Source: Pseudomonadales bacterium (GTDB lineage: Bacteria; Pseudomonadota; Gammaproteobacteria; Pseudomonadales; Azotimanducaceae). Taken from it: DNA of 64,000 nt. The notes below the pieces were generated by a model. The model was not told the origin of the DNA. It searched no databases and was given only the letters and a program-made list of their open reading frames with translations. Below are positions 33,700 through 44,429 of the stretch, in pieces. Each line of letters opens with the position of its first letter. Positions within the stretch are counted from its first letter, which is position 1. The stretch covers positions 3,270,310 through 3,334,309 of the forward strand of contig OZ253942.1 of NCBI GenBank assembly GCA_965267195.1, in the 5' to 3' direction. The position numbers and the translations under genes are program-made.

Positions 33700-34780
33700 C
33701 CTGTCCGAGAGATCGCAACTGATCGGCCTGATGCTCGACGATCAGCTGATCGATGATAGGGTCCAGTTCTCCGGTCATGATCTGCGGCAGGCGATGCAGC
33801 GTCAGGTTGATCCGATGATCGGTGACACGACCATCCGGATAGTTGTAGGTACGAATTTTTTCGGAACGATCACCGCTGCCAACTAGATTACGTCTGGTTT
33901 CAGCTTGCTCTTGCGATTGCTCAGACTGAGCCTTATCCAGCAACTTGGCCTGGAGCAGGCTCATGGCTCGCGCCTTGTTCTTATGCTGGGAACGCTCATC
34001 CTGACATTCCACCACGATACCGGTCGGCAGGTGGGTCAGTCTGACCGCCGAATCTGTTTTGTTTACGTGCTGTCCGCCCGCCCCGGAGGCACGATAGGTG
34101 TCGACTCTAAGATCGTTCTTGTCGATATCGATTTCTTCGATGTCATCAAGCTCCGGCATGATGGCGACTGTGCAGGCTGAAGTGTGAATTCTTCCCTGGG
34201 ATTCCGTTTGCGGTACCCGCTGTACCCGATGAGCGCCGGATTCAAATTTCATTTTCCCGTAGGCATCTTTGCCTGCGACCCGTGCAATCACTTCTTTGTA
34301 TCCGCCGTGCTCTCCATGTCGTTCGTTGAGAACTTCCATCTGCCAACTCTGCATCTCGGCGAAACGGGAGTACATGCGGAAAAGGTCACCGGCAAAGATT
34401 GCTGCTTCGTCACCACCGGTACCGGCTCGAATTTCCAGGAACACATTGTTTCCATCGTGAGGATCTTTTGGCAGCAGAAGCTTCTGAAGTTGCGCGTCCA
34501 GCTCTTCAACTTTAACTTCCAGCTCTTCGATTTCTGCGCGAGCCATCTCCTGAATTTCAGGATCAGGGTCATCTGCCATCACGCGAGCATCTTCAAGTTC
34601 AGTCGTCGAGGACTCAAAGTCACGGAAGCAATGTACGACCGGTTCAATGTCTGCATACTCTTTCGAGTAGGCTCTGAACTTGTCTTGATCCGAAATGATC
34701 TCGCTGTCACTCAGAAGGGCGCCAAGCTCCTCGTAGCGGTCCAGTAACTGATCGAGTTTATGCCTGAGAGATTTGTTCAA
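33689..34780 (-). CDS. prfA: peptide chain release factor 1
   Basis: 363 aa with the GGQ motif (SGAGGQHVN) and a PxT-type recognition region. Confidence 0.98.
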   Translation of the reverse strand: MNKSLRHKLDQLLDRYEELGALLSDSEIISDQDKFRAYSKEYADIEPVVHCFRDFESSTTELEDARVMADDPDPEIQEMARAEIEELEVKVEELDAQLQKLLLPKDPHDGNNVFLEIRAGTGGDEAAIFAGDLFRMYSRFAEMQSWQMEVLNERHGEHGGYKEVIARVAGKDAYGKMKFESGAHRVQRVPQTESQGRIHTSACTVAIMPELDDIEEIDIDKNDLRVDTYRASGAGGQHVNKTDSAVRLTHLPTGIVVECQDERSQHKNKARAMSLLQAKLLDKAQSEQSQEQAETRRNLVGSGDRSEKIRTYNYPDGRVTDHRINLTLHRLPQIMTGELDPIIDQLIVEHQADQLRSLGQDDE

Positions 34781-36036
34781 CGATTCTTTTCCAGTTCGTA
34801 AAGCCTGGTAATGGCTTTAAGTAATTCTTCTTCGCCTTCAGCGACCGCATTTTTCAGCTGTACGCTGGGCGTATGTATCATCTTGTTGGTCAGCTGGTTG
34901 GCCAACTGATTCACCACCGTTGTCGGGTCTTCCCCTTTTTCCAGCCGAGTTAACGCTTTCGCAAGTTCAGATTCTTTTAACTGCATGTGCTGCTCGCGAA
35001 ATCGAACGATCAGTTCATCTGCCGCTTTCATTTCCTGTCGTGATCGGTAGCTCGCAACCTCCTGCAGAACAATATCTTCTGCATCATTGGCAGCCTGCTC
35101 CCGGTTGCTGAGGTTCAGGTCGATGATTTCCTGCAGATCATCGACGCTGTAAAGATAGATGTCCCTGAGATCACCAACTTCCGGCTCGATATCCCTTGGC
35201 ACCGCCAGGTCTACCATCAGGATGGGTTTGTGTTTTCTTGATTTCAGCGCTCGCTCTACCGTGCCCTTGCCGAGTATCGGAAGCTGCGAAGCTGTGGATG
35301 CGATCACAACGTCGATGTTCGATAGTCTTCCAGGTATCGACTGCAGATCGATCGCCTGGCCATCGAATAGCTCCGCGAGACGTCGAGCATTGTCCAATGT
35401 CCGGTTGGCGATGGTGAGATTATTGATGCCCGCCGTATGTAGGTGGCGACCCACCAGTTCGATGGTTTCACCCGCGCCAATCAGCAGAATATTGCAGGTG
35501 GTCAGATCAGTGAATAGCTGACCTGCCAGGGTGACAGCGGTTGATGCCACGGATACTGAGTTCTCTCCGATGGCGGTCTCCGTCCGGACTTTCTTGGCAA
35601 TTCGGAAGGTGGTCTGCGCCAAATGGTCGAGTTCGGTGCCCAGTGTCCCAATGCGTCTCGCCTGTTCGAAACAATCCTTGAACTGCCCCAGAATCTGGGG
35701 CTCACCAATGACCATGGAGTCCAGACCACTGGCGACCCGCATCGCGTGCAATGCCGCATCGCGGTTCAATCGGGTGTAGATGCTTGCTTCGAGATCCGAG
35801 TGCGCCATACCGTGATAATCAGCGAGCCAGTCAACAATCGGTGAACTATCGGTCTTGGGGCTGGTTGCGATAACTTCTGTGCGATTACAGGTGGACAGAA
35901 TCGCCACTTCTGCCAGTTCTGCGTTGGCTGAGATATCATGCAGAGCGTCCACCAGTTGTTCAGGCGTAAACGCAACCTTCTCCCGCAATTCAACGGGTGC
36001 AGAAGTGTGATTGATGCCAACAATGAGCAGATTCAT
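34777..36036 (-). CDS. hemA: glutamyl-tRNA reductase
   Basis: 419 aa with N-terminal [14 protein letters not shown] and STCNRTE. Start of the hemA-prfA-prmC operon. Confidence 0.97.
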   Translation of the reverse strand: MNLLIVGINHTSAPVELREKVAFTPEQLVDALHDISANAELAEVAILSTCNRTEVIATSPKTDSSPIVDWLADYHGMAHSDLEASIYTRLNRDAALHAMRVASGLDSMVIGEPQILGQFKDCFEQARRIGTLGTELDHLAQTTFRIAKKVRTETAIGENSVSVASTAVTLAGQLFTDLTTCNILLIGAGETIELVGRHLHTAGINNLTIANRTLDNARRLAELFDGQAIDLQSIPGRLSNIDVVIASTASQLPILGKGTVERALKSRKHKPILMVDLAVPRDIEPEVGDLRDIYLYSVDDLQEIIDLNLSNREQAANDAEDIVLQEVASYRSRQEMKAADELIVRFREQHMQLKESELAKALTRLEKGEDPTTVVNQLANQLTNKMIHTPSVQLKNAVAEGEEELLKAITRLYELEKNR

Positions 36037-36191
36037 GGTTAACCGGTATAGTAAAATGAACCTCTTTTTTGTGTAGAAACACTAATGAGAGGTCTGCAAG
36101 AGTGGACCTGAGCCCTGGCCGACTGACCAGGCGCATATTGTACGCAAAAACCCCTATCGATGGGTGCCTTTCTTTGGCTAGTGGAAGAGTA

Positions 36192-38009
36192 GTGAATATC
36201 ACAAACATTTATTCAGCCCTGAATCTGCGGATTCCTGTGCTCCTTATCGCGCTGACTGTACTAGCGGGGTGTGCAACTGCGCCGCTGGAAACCACAGATG
36301 AACAGGTGGTTGCGGCAGATGTGCAAGAAACGACACAGGAGGCTGTTGAAGCCTCACAGCAGGCGGAAGCCACTGAGCCGGAACCCATTGAATACCCGGT
36401 AGCGCCTTTTACCGGCGATACGCTCTATGACCTGCTTGCTGCGGAGGTTGCCGGTTATCGCACGGAATATGACTTTGCGCTGGAAAAATACGTCGCCGTA
36501 GCCGAAGAGACCCGTGATCCGCAGGTTGCGGCAAGGGCAACCCGTTTGGCGCTCTATTTGAAGGATGAAGCGCAGGCTCTCCGAACTGCCCTGGTTTGGG
36601 CCGAGGAGGATCCCAAGGACGTTGATGCGCACCGGGCGGCGGTCGATCTGCTTCTGAAACAGGATCGAATGGAGGATGCCATCACCCATCTCTGGGCGAT
36701 TAAAGAATTGGGCGGCCTGGCTCGCTTTGATCTCTTTGCTTACCGTTCCGCCAATCTGTCTCCCGAACAACGCGCCGGTGTACTGGCTGCTATTTCCCAG
36801 ATGCAGGCTGAGCACCCTGAAGATACACAGCTCAAATTTGCGAAAGCGATCCTGCTGGAGCAGACAGGGCAATATGAAGAATCACTGGTTCTTGCTGATG
36901 AACTGCTTGAGTCGTCCCAGGAAGTTAGCCTGATTGTCCTGAAAGCGAGCCTGCTATCGAGCCTCGACAAATTGCCCGATGCCATTGCCGTGCTAGAGGA
37001 AGGGGTCGAGAACTCAGGTGGAAACCGTCGCCTGCGCTTGATCCTGGCCAGAATGCTGTTTGAAGCGGGAGACCTTGAGGCGGCTCGGGTGCAGTACGGG
37101 CAGGTTCTGGAGCAGTCGCCAAATGACGGTGATGTGCTGTTCGCACTGGCACTCATTGCATTGGATCAAGGTCAGGATGCCGAAGCGAAGCGATATTTCG
37201 AACGTATGGTCCGCTGGAATCGTCGCGTAGGCGAGGCGCACTACTACCTCGGCGGCATTGCTGAAAGGGAAGGGGATACGGTTGCTGCGCTCAGAGAATA
37301 TCGACAAGCAGGTGACGGCTACGAATTCATCCCGGCACAGGCGCGAATTGGTGCCATCCTGGTGAATGAGGGTCGCTGGCCAGAAGCACGAGAGCACTTT
37401 GATCGGCTTCGAGCCCAACGCCCAAACCGGCGGCAACAATTAACCCTGCTGGAAGCCCAGCTCCTGGCGGAAAGAGGCATGCAGGAAGAAGTTTTTGAAT
37501 TCCTGGATCTGGCGGTTGCAGAAGACCCTGAGAATATAGAGTTGCTCTACTTTCGCGCGATGACCGGCCAAAGGTTTGATCGTCTGGATATTCTCGAAGC
37601 GGATCTAAGGCGCGTGATAGAAATCGATCCGGACAATGCGGATGCGCTGAACGCTTTGGGGTACACGCTCACAGACCAGACCGACCGCCATGAAGAGGCG
37701 CTGGTTCTGATCGAGAAAGCACTCTCTATGAAACCGGATGAAGCGGCTTTCATCGACAGCATGGGCTGGGTTCAGTATCGATTGAACAATTACGAAGAAG
37801 CCCTTATCCATTTAAGGCGCGCCCTGGAGCTATTCCAGAACGACGAAGTTGCTGCACACCTGGGTGAGGTGCTCTGGGTGACCGGTGAACAGGAAGAAGC
37901 GGTTCGTGTCTGGGAAGAAGCGCTCGAACTGGCGCCTGACAGTGACATCCTCAAGGATACGATCAAGCGCTTTCAGGGTGACCAGGAAGACGCTGCGGAA
38001 GCCCTGTAA
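36192..38009 (+). CDS. TPR-repeat lipoprotein (conserved partner upstream of lolB)
   Basis: Multiple TPR-like repeats and lipobox LAGC. The tracked ATG at 36069 adds a non-signal-like 41 aa. The in-frame GTG at 36192 after GGAAGAG gives a normal lipoprotein signal, so the start is uncertain. Confidence 0.8.
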   Translation: MNITNIYSALNLRIPVLLIALTVLAGCATAPLETTDEQVVAADVQETTQEAVEASQQAEATEPEPIEYPVAPFTGDTLYDLLAAEVAGYRTEYDFALEKYVAVAEETRDPQVAARATRLALYLKDEAQALRTALVWAEEDPKDVDAHRAAVDLLLKQDRMEDAITHLWAIKELGGLARFDLFAYRSANLSPEQRAGVLAAISQMQAEHPEDTQLKFAKAILLEQTGQYEESLVLADELLESSQEVSLIVLKASLLSSLDKLPDAIAVLEEGVENSGGNRRLRLILARMLFEAGDLEAARVQYGQVLEQSPNDGDVLFALALIALDQGQDAEAKRYFERMVRWNRRVGEAHYYLGGIAEREGDTVAALREYRQAGDGYEFIPAQARIGAILVNEGRWPEAREHFDRLRAQRPNRRQQLTLLEAQLLAERGMQEEVFEFLDLAVAEDPENIELLYFRAMTGQRFDRLDILEADLRRVIEIDPDNADALNALGYTLTDQTDRHEEALVLIEKALSMKPDEAAFIDSMGWVQYRLNNYEEALIHLRRALELFQNDEVAAHLGEVLWVTGEQEEAVRVWEEALELAPDSDILKDTIKRFQGDQEDAAEAL

Positions 38010-38519
38010 TTGCGGCTCTTCGGTATCCTGCTGATCCTCCTCGTCGCCGGATGTGCGACCGTCAAAGATGCACCACCACCCTCTGATCGCTTCTGGCAGA
38101 TGAAAGGCAAACTGTCTGTCAGTTTCGATGGCAAAACACGGGTTGTGAGCATGGATTGGCGCCAATCAGGTGACACCAGTGCGATAGCGTTACAGGGCCC
38201 GTTTGGTTCTGGTGAGGCGAATCTCTCGGTCACCAAGGACGAAATTTGGGTGGATACCGGAGACGGTGCCAGGCGTTTTGGACCGGATCAGCTGATCCAG
38301 CTCTATGACCGCAGCCTGGATCTGCCGTGGCATAACCTTTCCTATTGGGTGAGGGGTAAGAAAGGACCGTCGGGTGAGCGAATTTCAGCGGAATTTGAGT
38401 ATGGGGAGTGGCGAATTCGGATCATCAGGGAAAACGCTGAAGGGCCGGAATTGATGGCATTTGAACACCCGGAAATCGCCCTTAGATTAAGGGTTCAGAG
38501 CCTCACGGGTAACATTTGA
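38010..38519 (+). CDS. lolB: outer-membrane lipoprotein LolB
   Basis: 169 aa. The TTG start abuts the upstream stop. Lipobox LVAGC, LolB-like sequence and position. Confidence 0.85.
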   Translation: MRLFGILLILLVAGCATVKDAPPPSDRFWQMKGKLSVSFDGKTRVVSMDWRQSGDTSAIALQGPFGSGEANLSVTKDEIWVDTGDGARRFGPDQLIQLYDRSLDLPWHNLSYWVRGKKGPSGERISAEFEYGEWRIRIIRENAEGPELMAFEHPEIALRLRVQSLTGNI

Positions 38520-38544
38520 CACATGCCCGTCTGATCAGCACAAT
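38516..38544 (+). promoter_or_regulatory. candidate sigma70 promoter for tRNA-Gln
   Basis: TTGACA (38516-38521, overlapping the lolB stop), a 17-nt spacer and CACAAT (38539-38544). A GC-rich discriminator AGCGCCC follows, about 15-20 nt before the tRNA 5' end. Confidence 0.4.
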
Positions 38545-38565
38545 AGCGCCCTTTTTTCGCCATAT

Positions 38566-38642
38566 TGGGGTGTCGCCAAGTTGGTAAGGCAACGGGTTTT
38601 GATCCCGTCATTGCGCAGGTTCGAGTCCTGCCACCCCAGCCA
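38566..38642 (+). tRNA. tRNA-Gln (anticodon UUG), CCA encoded
   Basis: 77 nt. The acceptor stem is TGGGGTG/CACCCCA, the anticodon stem ACGGG/CCCGT carries loop TT-TTG-AT, and the T-arm is GGTTCGAGTCC. Near-identical architecture to E. coli tRNA-Gln. Confidence 0.95.
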
Positions 38643-38686
38643 TTTCGCAATCCCAGAAGAACAATAAAAACCTGGAAAAACACCAA

Positions 38687-39655
38687 ATGGCTGAGCTAAA
38701 GATATTTACAGGGAATGCCCACAGGGCATTGGCGACTCGAGTCGTAGATCGACTTCGAATGGATCTGGGCGCGGCTGATGTGGGTCAGTTCAGCGACGGT
38801 GAAATCGCTGTAGAAATACACGAAAACGTTCGTGGTAAGGATGTCTTCATCATCCAACCCACATGTGCACCCACGAACGACAACTTGATGGAATTGGTCA
38901 TTATCGCGGACTGCTTGCAACGAGCATCAGCGGCGAGAGTGACGGCGGTCATACCGTATTTCGGATATGCCCGCCAGGATCGTCGCGTACGATCTGCGAG
39001 GGTGCCGATTACCGCAAAAGTTGTGTCGGACATGCTGGGCAGTGCTGGGATTAATCGCGTGCTAACGATTGATCTGCACGCGGATCAGATCCAGGGATTC
39101 TTCAGTATCCCGGTGGACAACATTTATGGTTCCCCGGTGTTGCTCATGGACATCGAGCGACAGAAGTATGACGACCTGATGATTGTCTCTCCAGACGTCG
39201 GAGGGGTTGTCAGGGCAAGAGCGATGGCGAAGCAGCTCGATGATGCGGATCTCGCGATTATCGACAAGCGGCGACCAGAAGCGAACGAATCAGAGGTCAT
39301 GCACATCATCGGTGATGTTCAGGGCCGAACCTGTCTCCTCGTGGATGACATGGTGGATACCGCGGGTACTTTGTGTGCCGCAGCGGGAGCGCTGAAAGAA
39401 AACGGCGCGAAGAAAGTAGTGGCCTACTGTACGCATCCGGTTTTGTCCGGTCCGGCCATCGAAAGAGTTAACAGTTCACCTCTGGATGAACTGGTTGTTA
39501 CAGATACGATTCCGCTGAAACCAGAAGCAGAGGAGTCACCGAAAATTCGTCAGTTAAGTATTGCTGACGAGCTTGCTGAGTCGATACGTCGAATCAGTAA
39601 CGAAGAGTCGCTAAGCGCGCTCTTCAAAAAGCGGATTCAACCTGCGCTGTTTTAA
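38687..39655 (+). CDS. prs: ribose-phosphate pyrophosphokinase
   Basis: 322 aa, collinear with Prs ([29 protein letters not shown]). Confidence 0.98.
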   Translation: MAELKIFTGNAHRALATRVVDRLRMDLGAADVGQFSDGEIAVEIHENVRGKDVFIIQPTCAPTNDNLMELVIIADCLQRASAARVTAVIPYFGYARQDRRVRSARVPITAKVVSDMLGSAGINRVLTIDLHADQIQGFFSIPVDNIYGSPVLLMDIERQKYDDLMIVSPDVGGVVRARAMAKQLDDADLAIIDKRRPEANESEVMHIIGDVQGRTCLLVDDMVDTAGTLCAAAGALKENGAKKVVAYCTHPVLSGPAIERVNSSPLDELVVTDTIPLKPEAEESPKIRQLSIADELAESIRRISNEESLSALFKKRIQPALF

Positions 39656-39747
39656 ACGGCTCAGGGCTGTTCTAAGGCAGTGAATCCATAGTCCATCCAA
39701 GATGCGGTCGCAGCATCCTGGGTGAAATACACTCTAAGGAGATCAAC

Positions 39748-40422
39748 ATGGCAGATTTCGAATTGAATGCCGAACTGCGAGAAGACAAAGGGAAAGGTGC
39801 GAGCCGCCGCCTGCGTCGTCAAGCAGACATGGTGCCAGCCATCATTTATGGTGCCGGCAGAGACCCGCAACCCTTGTCTATTGCACACAAGGATTTGCAC
39901 AAAGCGCTGGAGAACGAAGCGTTCTTCTCGCACATCATTACCATCAAAGCGGATGGCAAGTCTCAGGAGGCTATCCTGAAAGACCTGCAGCGCCATCCGG
40001 CAAAGGATCGCATCATGCATGCGGACTTCCTGCGCATCCAGATGGACCAGGAAATTACGGTTGAAGTACCGCTTCACTTTATGAACGAAGACAAGTGTGT
40101 TGGTGTACGTCAGGGTGGAGGAAACATTTCCCACAACATGTCGTCACTGGAAATCACCTGTCTGCCTGGCAACCTGCCTGAGTACATCGAAGTGGACGTT
40201 GAAGCACTGGAAGTTGGTAGTTCGATCCACATGAGCGCACTGCAGTTGCCTGAAGGCCTGACGATTCCTTCTTTGAATCTTGGTGCAGACCACGACCACG
40301 TTGTTGTTTCCTGTAACGCGCCGAAGCGGGTTGAAGAACCTGTTGCGGCGGCAGCTGAAGATGCGCCGGAAGGTGATGCAGCTGCTGATGAATCAGGCGA
40401 CGGTGACTCAGGCGACGAATAA
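39748..40422 (+). CDS. rplY: 50S ribosomal protein L25 / general stress protein Ctc (long form)
   Basis: 224 aa with an L25 N-domain (RRLRRQADMVPAIIYG), a Ctc C-domain and an acidic tail. Confidence 0.94.
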   Translation: MADFELNAELREDKGKGASRRLRRQADMVPAIIYGAGRDPQPLSIAHKDLHKALENEAFFSHIITIKADGKSQEAILKDLQRHPAKDRIMHADFLRIQMDQEITVEVPLHFMNEDKCVGVRQGGGNISHNMSSLEITCLPGNLPEYIEVDVEALEVGSSIHMSALQLPEGLTIPSLNLGADHDHVVVSCNAPKRVEEPVAAAAEDAPEGDAAADESGDGDSGDE

Positions 40423-40441
40423 ATTCGTCACCAGATAAAGC

Positions 40442-41065
40442 GTGGAAGGTGTGAACGCACCGCTTGAACAGCCCCTGGATCTGATCGTAGGCATCGGAAA
40501 TCCCGGTAAAGAATACGCAGACACCCGACATAATGCGGGTGTCTGGTATGTCGAGCGCCTGGCTAACGACTACGGGGCTGTGTTTAAAGCAGAGAAAAAG
40601 TTTTTCGGTCGGCTCGCCACGGTGCGAATCGCTGATCGGGAAGTTCGCCTGCTGGTGCCTGACACCTACATGAATGAATCCGGCAAAAGCGTGGCTGCCT
40701 TGGCGAATTTCTACAAAATCTCACCGACCGCCATGATGATTGCTCACGATGAGATTGATTTCCCAAGCGGGAAAATTCGATTCAAGCAGGGTGGCGGTCT
40801 TGCAGGACACAATGGTCTGCGGGACATCTCGAAACGAATGTCCGGTACAACGGACTTTAATCGACTTCGTATCGGTGTCGGTCACCCGGGCGATCGAGGC
40901 GGTGTCACCGGACACGTTCTGGGCAAGGTGTCTAAAGCTGATAGAGACATCATCGATACATGCATCTCTGAAGCGTTATCCGCAACTTCGATGGCGGTAT
41001 CAGGAGACTGGCAGGGCGCCATGCTAAGACTGCATAACGCACCTCAGCCTTTTTCCGGAAGTTAA
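40442..41065 (+). CDS. pth: peptidyl-tRNA hydrolase
   Basis: GIGNPGKEYADTRHNAG motif. The start (GTG at 40442 or 40451) is uncertain. Confidence 0.93.
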   Translation: MEGVNAPLEQPLDLIVGIGNPGKEYADTRHNAGVWYVERLANDYGAVFKAEKKFFGRLATVRIADREVRLLVPDTYMNESGKSVAALANFYKISPTAMMIAHDEIDFPSGKIRFKQGGGLAGHNGLRDISKRMSGTTDFNRLRIGVGHPGDRGGVTGHVLGKVSKADRDIIDTCISEALSATSMAVSGDWQGAMLRLHNAPQPFSGS

Positions 41066-41078
41066 TTGGGAGTAAATC

Positions 41079-42170
41079 ATGGGTTTTAACTGCGGCATTG
41101 TTGGTCTGCCCAACGTTGGCAAATCTACCTTGTTTAATGCACTGACTCGAGCAGGCGTTGGTGCCGAAAACTTTCCTTTCTGCACGATTGAGCCGAACTC
41201 GGGAATCGTGCCGATGCCGGATCCGCGCCTCGATAAGCTCGCTGGCATTGTGTCTCCCGAAAAAGTTATCCCAACGACCATGGAATTTGTGGATATTGCT
41301 GGTCTGGTAAAAGGTGCCTCAAAAGGGGAAGGCCTGGGAAACCAGTTTCTCGCCAATATCCGTGAAACGGATGCTATTGCACATGTCGTGCGTTGTTTCG
41401 AAGATGAAAATGTCACACACGTGGACAACCGGATTGACCCGGCTGCGGATATTGAAGTGATCAACACAGAGCTTCAGCTTGCTGACCTTCAGACCATCGA
41501 AAACGGCATCAACCGGGTTTCGCGAGTCGCTAAAAGTGGCGACAAAGAAGAACTCGCCAAAGTGCAGTATCTCGAAAAGCTGCAGGCGCACATCGACGAA
41601 GGCAAACCTGCTAGAACGTTTGAAACGACATCCGACTTTGCCGATGTGCTGCACAACCTTCATCTGTTGACCATGAAGCCGGTGCTCTACATTGCCAATG
41701 TGGATGAAGATGGCTTTGAAAATAATCCTCACCTCGACGTGGTTCGTGAAATCGCAGCGTCCGAGAATGCCGAGGTGGTTGCCATCTGCAACAAGCTCGA
41801 AGCAGAAATCGTTGAATTGGATGACGAAGAGCGAGCTGAGTTTCTTGCTGATCTGGGTATGGAAGAGCCGGGTCTCGATCGTGTGATCAGGGCAGGATAT
41901 CGCCTCCTGGGTCTACAAACCTATTTCACAGCCGGTCCGAAGGAAGCTCGCGCATGGACGGTTCGTGCAGGATCCAGCGCACCTCAAGCGGCTGCGGTGA
42001 TCCATACGGATTTTGAGAAAGGATTTATCCGGGCAGAAGTCATTTCTTATGATGACTATGTTGAACACGGTGGTGAGAATGGCGCCAAAGAAGCGGGAAG
42101 ATGGCGTCTGGAAGGTAAGGACTACGTCGTCCAGGATGGCGACGTAATCCATTTCCGGTTTAACGTTTAA
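41079..42170 (+). CDS. ychF: redox-regulated ATPase YchF
   Basis: 363 aa with G1 GLPNVGKST, a TGS-like C-terminus and a conserved pth-ychF pairing. Confidence 0.98.
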   Translation: MGFNCGIVGLPNVGKSTLFNALTRAGVGAENFPFCTIEPNSGIVPMPDPRLDKLAGIVSPEKVIPTTMEFVDIAGLVKGASKGEGLGNQFLANIRETDAIAHVVRCFEDENVTHVDNRIDPAADIEVINTELQLADLQTIENGINRVSRVAKSGDKEELAKVQYLEKLQAHIDEGKPARTFETTSDFADVLHNLHLLTMKPVLYIANVDEDGFENNPHLDVVREIAASENAEVVAICNKLEAEIVELDDEERAEFLADLGMEEPGLDRVIRAGYRLLGLQTYFTAGPKEARAWTVRAGSSAPQAAAVIHTDFEKGFIRAEVISYDDYVEHGGENGAKEAGRWRLEGKDYVVQDGDVIHFRFNV

Positions 42171-42764
42171 TCAGTTGCGAAACTTCTTCGCTAGCCAGTA
42201 GTCAACGCTGACGTATCGACCACCGCCCAGGAAAAACAGCGCCAGCAACATGATGAAGTAGGTTGCGGCGAATTCGATTCCGTTGTTCAGCACAACAAAG
42301 CTGCCGTTCTCGGTAAGCCAGCTGTAGTTACCATGTTCCCTGAGAATGTCTTTTGCGCGATCCAAGCGATCTATAGCGCCTATCGTTCTGTCGGTTGCGA
42401 AAATACCGCTGCCGGTTGAGATCGCCAGCCAGCCGTTATGCCAGTGAGCAGTGAACATAGCGACCAGCATGGTGAACATCAGTGGAATCGAAATCCAGCG
42501 AGTCGCAAAACCCAGTACCAACAGAAAAGCGCCAACTAGCTCCGCGCTGGTGGCCAGAAATGCCATCAGCCAGGGCATGGGGAGACCCAGGCCCCAGTCC
42601 GGATTACCGAACCACGCAACGGTGTTCTCGAATCCGTTGTACTTGTTGATACCCGCCATATAAAACACCGGAGCCAAATAAGCACGGAGTAACAGTGGCG
42701 CAATAAAGTCAGCTTTGAATGTCAGTTCCAGCCAATCCTGGAATTTGTTGATCAATGCAATCAT
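42171..42764 (-). CDS. DoxX-family integral membrane protein, last gene of the MNIO operon (BufD/HvfX-like position)
   Basis: 197 aa with ~4 TM segments and a DoxX-like pattern. Lies 15 nt downstream of the DUF2063 gene on the same strand. Confidence 0.8.
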   Translation of the reverse strand: MIALINKFQDWLELTFKADFIAPLLLRAYLAPVFYMAGINKYNGFENTVAWFGNPDWGLGLPMPWLMAFLATSAELVGAFLLVLGFATRWISIPLMFTMLVAMFTAHWHNGWLAISTGSGIFATDRTIGAIDRLDRAKDILREHGNYSWLTENGSFVVLNNGIEFAATYFIMLLALFFLGGGRYVSVDYWLAKKFRN

Positions 42765-42779
42765 GGTTTCCTCGTCCTT

Positions 42780-43517
42780 CTAGTTGAAGGTAAATACTCT
42801 GTATTGGTTAAAAGACTGAATCAGAGCTAATCCGTTACGCACAAACTCATCTTTTTCTTGTACGCCGAATTCATCAGCTTTCTCCTGCAGCCAATCAGCA
42901 GGTACTAACCCCTCTGTCTGCTGCATGTCATTGAGCAGATGAAATGCAAGGGGTTGTAACTCGAAGAATCTCACCGACTCATCCGGGATCCTGCAGACCA
43001 GCAGATAGGTCGGAGTGTCGCCCGGTGCAGTTGGCTGGAATTCCGGACTGATTCGATGGACCGGATAGTTGTAAGCGAGTGGTTGTGCCAGGGGGCTAAG
43101 ACTTAGCTGCAGATGTCCAATGTCACCTTCGAGTTCATCCGGTTGCTCTTCGTCCATGGTGAATAGCGCAAGTTCAACCCACTCATAATGCGCCAGCTCT
43201 GTCAGATAGTCGGGCAGATCAGCGCTTAACTGTGCATGCGCCAGGTATTCCACGAATTCCCCGGATAGCGCCATGAAATAGGGTGTTTGGGATTCGTGTG
43301 AAATAAAGAAATTACGAACCATGACCTGCCAGGCATCGTCGGAAACGATGCTTTTGATCACTGGAAAGAAGTCACCCAGTAATGAGGAAACGTTGTTAAA
43401 AATGAGTTCTGAATAAACGCCCATGCGTCGCTCATCGAGCCCTTCAGGAACGGGTACATGGTCCGGATCTCTCAGGTGTTCGGTGAACGCTTTTTGTAGT
43501 TTTGTCAGTTCACCCAT
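42780..43517 (-). CDS. DUF2063-family MNIO partner protein (MbnC/BufC/HvfC-like)
   Basis: 245 aa. The N-terminal LQKAFTEHLRDP...RMGVYSELIFNNVSSLLGDFFPV is typical of DUF2063. Starts 5 nt after the DUF692 gene. Confidence 0.8.
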   Translation of the reverse strand: MGELTKLQKAFTEHLRDPDHVPVPEGLDERRMGVYSELIFNNVSSLLGDFFPVIKSIVSDDAWQVMVRNFFISHESQTPYFMALSGEFVEYLAHAQLSADLPDYLTELAHYEWVELALFTMDEEQPDELEGDIGHLQLSLSPLAQPLAYNYPVHRISPEFQPTAPGDTPTYLLVCRIPDESVRFFELQPLAFHLLNDMQQTEGLVPADWLQEKADEFGVQEKDEFVRNGLALIQSFNQYRVFTFN

Positions 43518-43522
43518 ATCTG

Positions 43523-44356
43523 TCAGTCCTGGCAGGCCGATTGCCTCTGCTTGATCATGTCGACTTCAAGCAACAGGGTTTCGAGACTGGGGATATTGAA
43601 ATCTCGCTCGAGTAGCGTCGGTCGATCGCCGATCAGTGCATAGGTCTCCTCGAGCAGTGACCAGACAGGATCAATGACATCAGCGCCATGGGTATCGACA
43701 ATCAGACCATCGTCTTCGACGTAATGTCCTGCGATGTGCAGGTAACTGATTCGGTCAGCGGGCATCGCACGAATGAAGTCCATCGGTTCACCACCATGAT
43801 TCACGCTGTTGACGTAAACATTGTTCACGTCCAGCAGTAGATCACAGTCAGCTTCTTCTATGACAGCACGCACAAACTCGGCTTCCTCGAGTTCGCGTTT
43901 TGGTGTCAGGTAGTAAGACACATTTTCCAGCGCCATTCGTTCGCCGATGATGTCTTGAACACGTTTTACCCTATCTGCGGTATAGGTGACCGCTTCTTCG
44001 GTAAACGGCATCGGGAGTAGATCATAGAGCTGACCACCGTCGTTGGTGTAAGACAGATGTTCGCTGTAGATGGCGACATTATGTTTCTGGATGAAGTCCC
44101 TGGTGTCCGTGACTAGCTGCTCATCAAGCGGGGCAGGTCCCCCGATCGATAGTGATAAGCCGTGACATACGATCTGTTTTTGCTCACTGATCTCGCGAAG
44201 TTGTCGACCCAGTCGACCGCCAAGACCAATCCAGTTTTCGGGAGCCAGCTCAAAAAAATCGACGGATTCAGGGATGCCGTTCGTCAGGAGCTCTGGTGTC
44301 ATGGAACGACGCAGGCCAATGCCAGCGCCAGAAACAGGGTGAATATGTGAGTGCAT
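43523..44356 (-). CDS. DUF692-family multinuclear non-heme iron oxidase (MNIO; MbnB/BufB/HvfB-like)
   Basis: 277 aa. Family motifs are present in order: GIGLR, HGLSLSIGG, SEHLS, LLPMPFT, ALENVS, LLLDVNNVYVN, HIAGH, IVDTHG, TLLERD. Together they cover the TIM-barrel metal ligands. Confidence 0.88.
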   Translation of the reverse strand: MHSHIHPVSGAGIGLRRSMTPELLTNGIPESVDFFELAPENWIGLGGRLGRQLREISEQKQIVCHGLSLSIGGPAPLDEQLVTDTRDFIQKHNVAIYSEHLSYTNDGGQLYDLLPMPFTEEAVTYTADRVKRVQDIIGERMALENVSYYLTPKRELEEAEFVRAVIEEADCDLLLDVNNVYVNSVNHGGEPMDFIRAMPADRISYLHIAGHYVEDDGLIVDTHGADVIDPVWSLLEETYALIGDRPTLLERDFNIPSLETLLLEVDMIKQRQSACQD

Positions 44357-44369
44357 GGGGGAAAGGAAA

Positions 44370-44394
44370 CGGTCCCTGCCTAGGGCAGGGACCG
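44370..44394 (-). promoter_or_regulatory. intercistronic stem-loop between precursor and MNIO genes
   Basis: Perfect 11-bp GC-rich inverted repeat CGGTCCCTGCC / GGCAGGGACCG with a 3-nt centre. On the minus strand it is followed by TTTCCTTTCCCCC and then the MNIO ATG. Confidence 0.6.
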
Positions 44395-44429
44395 TAGGGT
44401 TACAACATTATGGTTTGATGTAATTGAGG

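Noticed and set aside
36069-36191. ATG at 36069 as the start of the TPR lipoprotein.
   Set aside because: It adds 41 residues before the signal peptide and consumes the divergent hemA promoter region. The lipobox context favours the GTG at 36192. I keep this as uncertain.
38520-38686. Integration hotspot or mobile element adjacent to tRNA-Gln.
   Set aside because: There is no integrase, no direct repeat of the tRNA 3' end and no foreign-looking genes. The flanks are the conserved lolB and prs.
39690-39714. Imperfect hairpin CCAAGATGC-N7-GCATCCTGG between prs and rplY, considered as a terminator or L25 leader.
   Set aside because: The stem has one mismatch and no T-tract, so the evidence for any function is insufficient.
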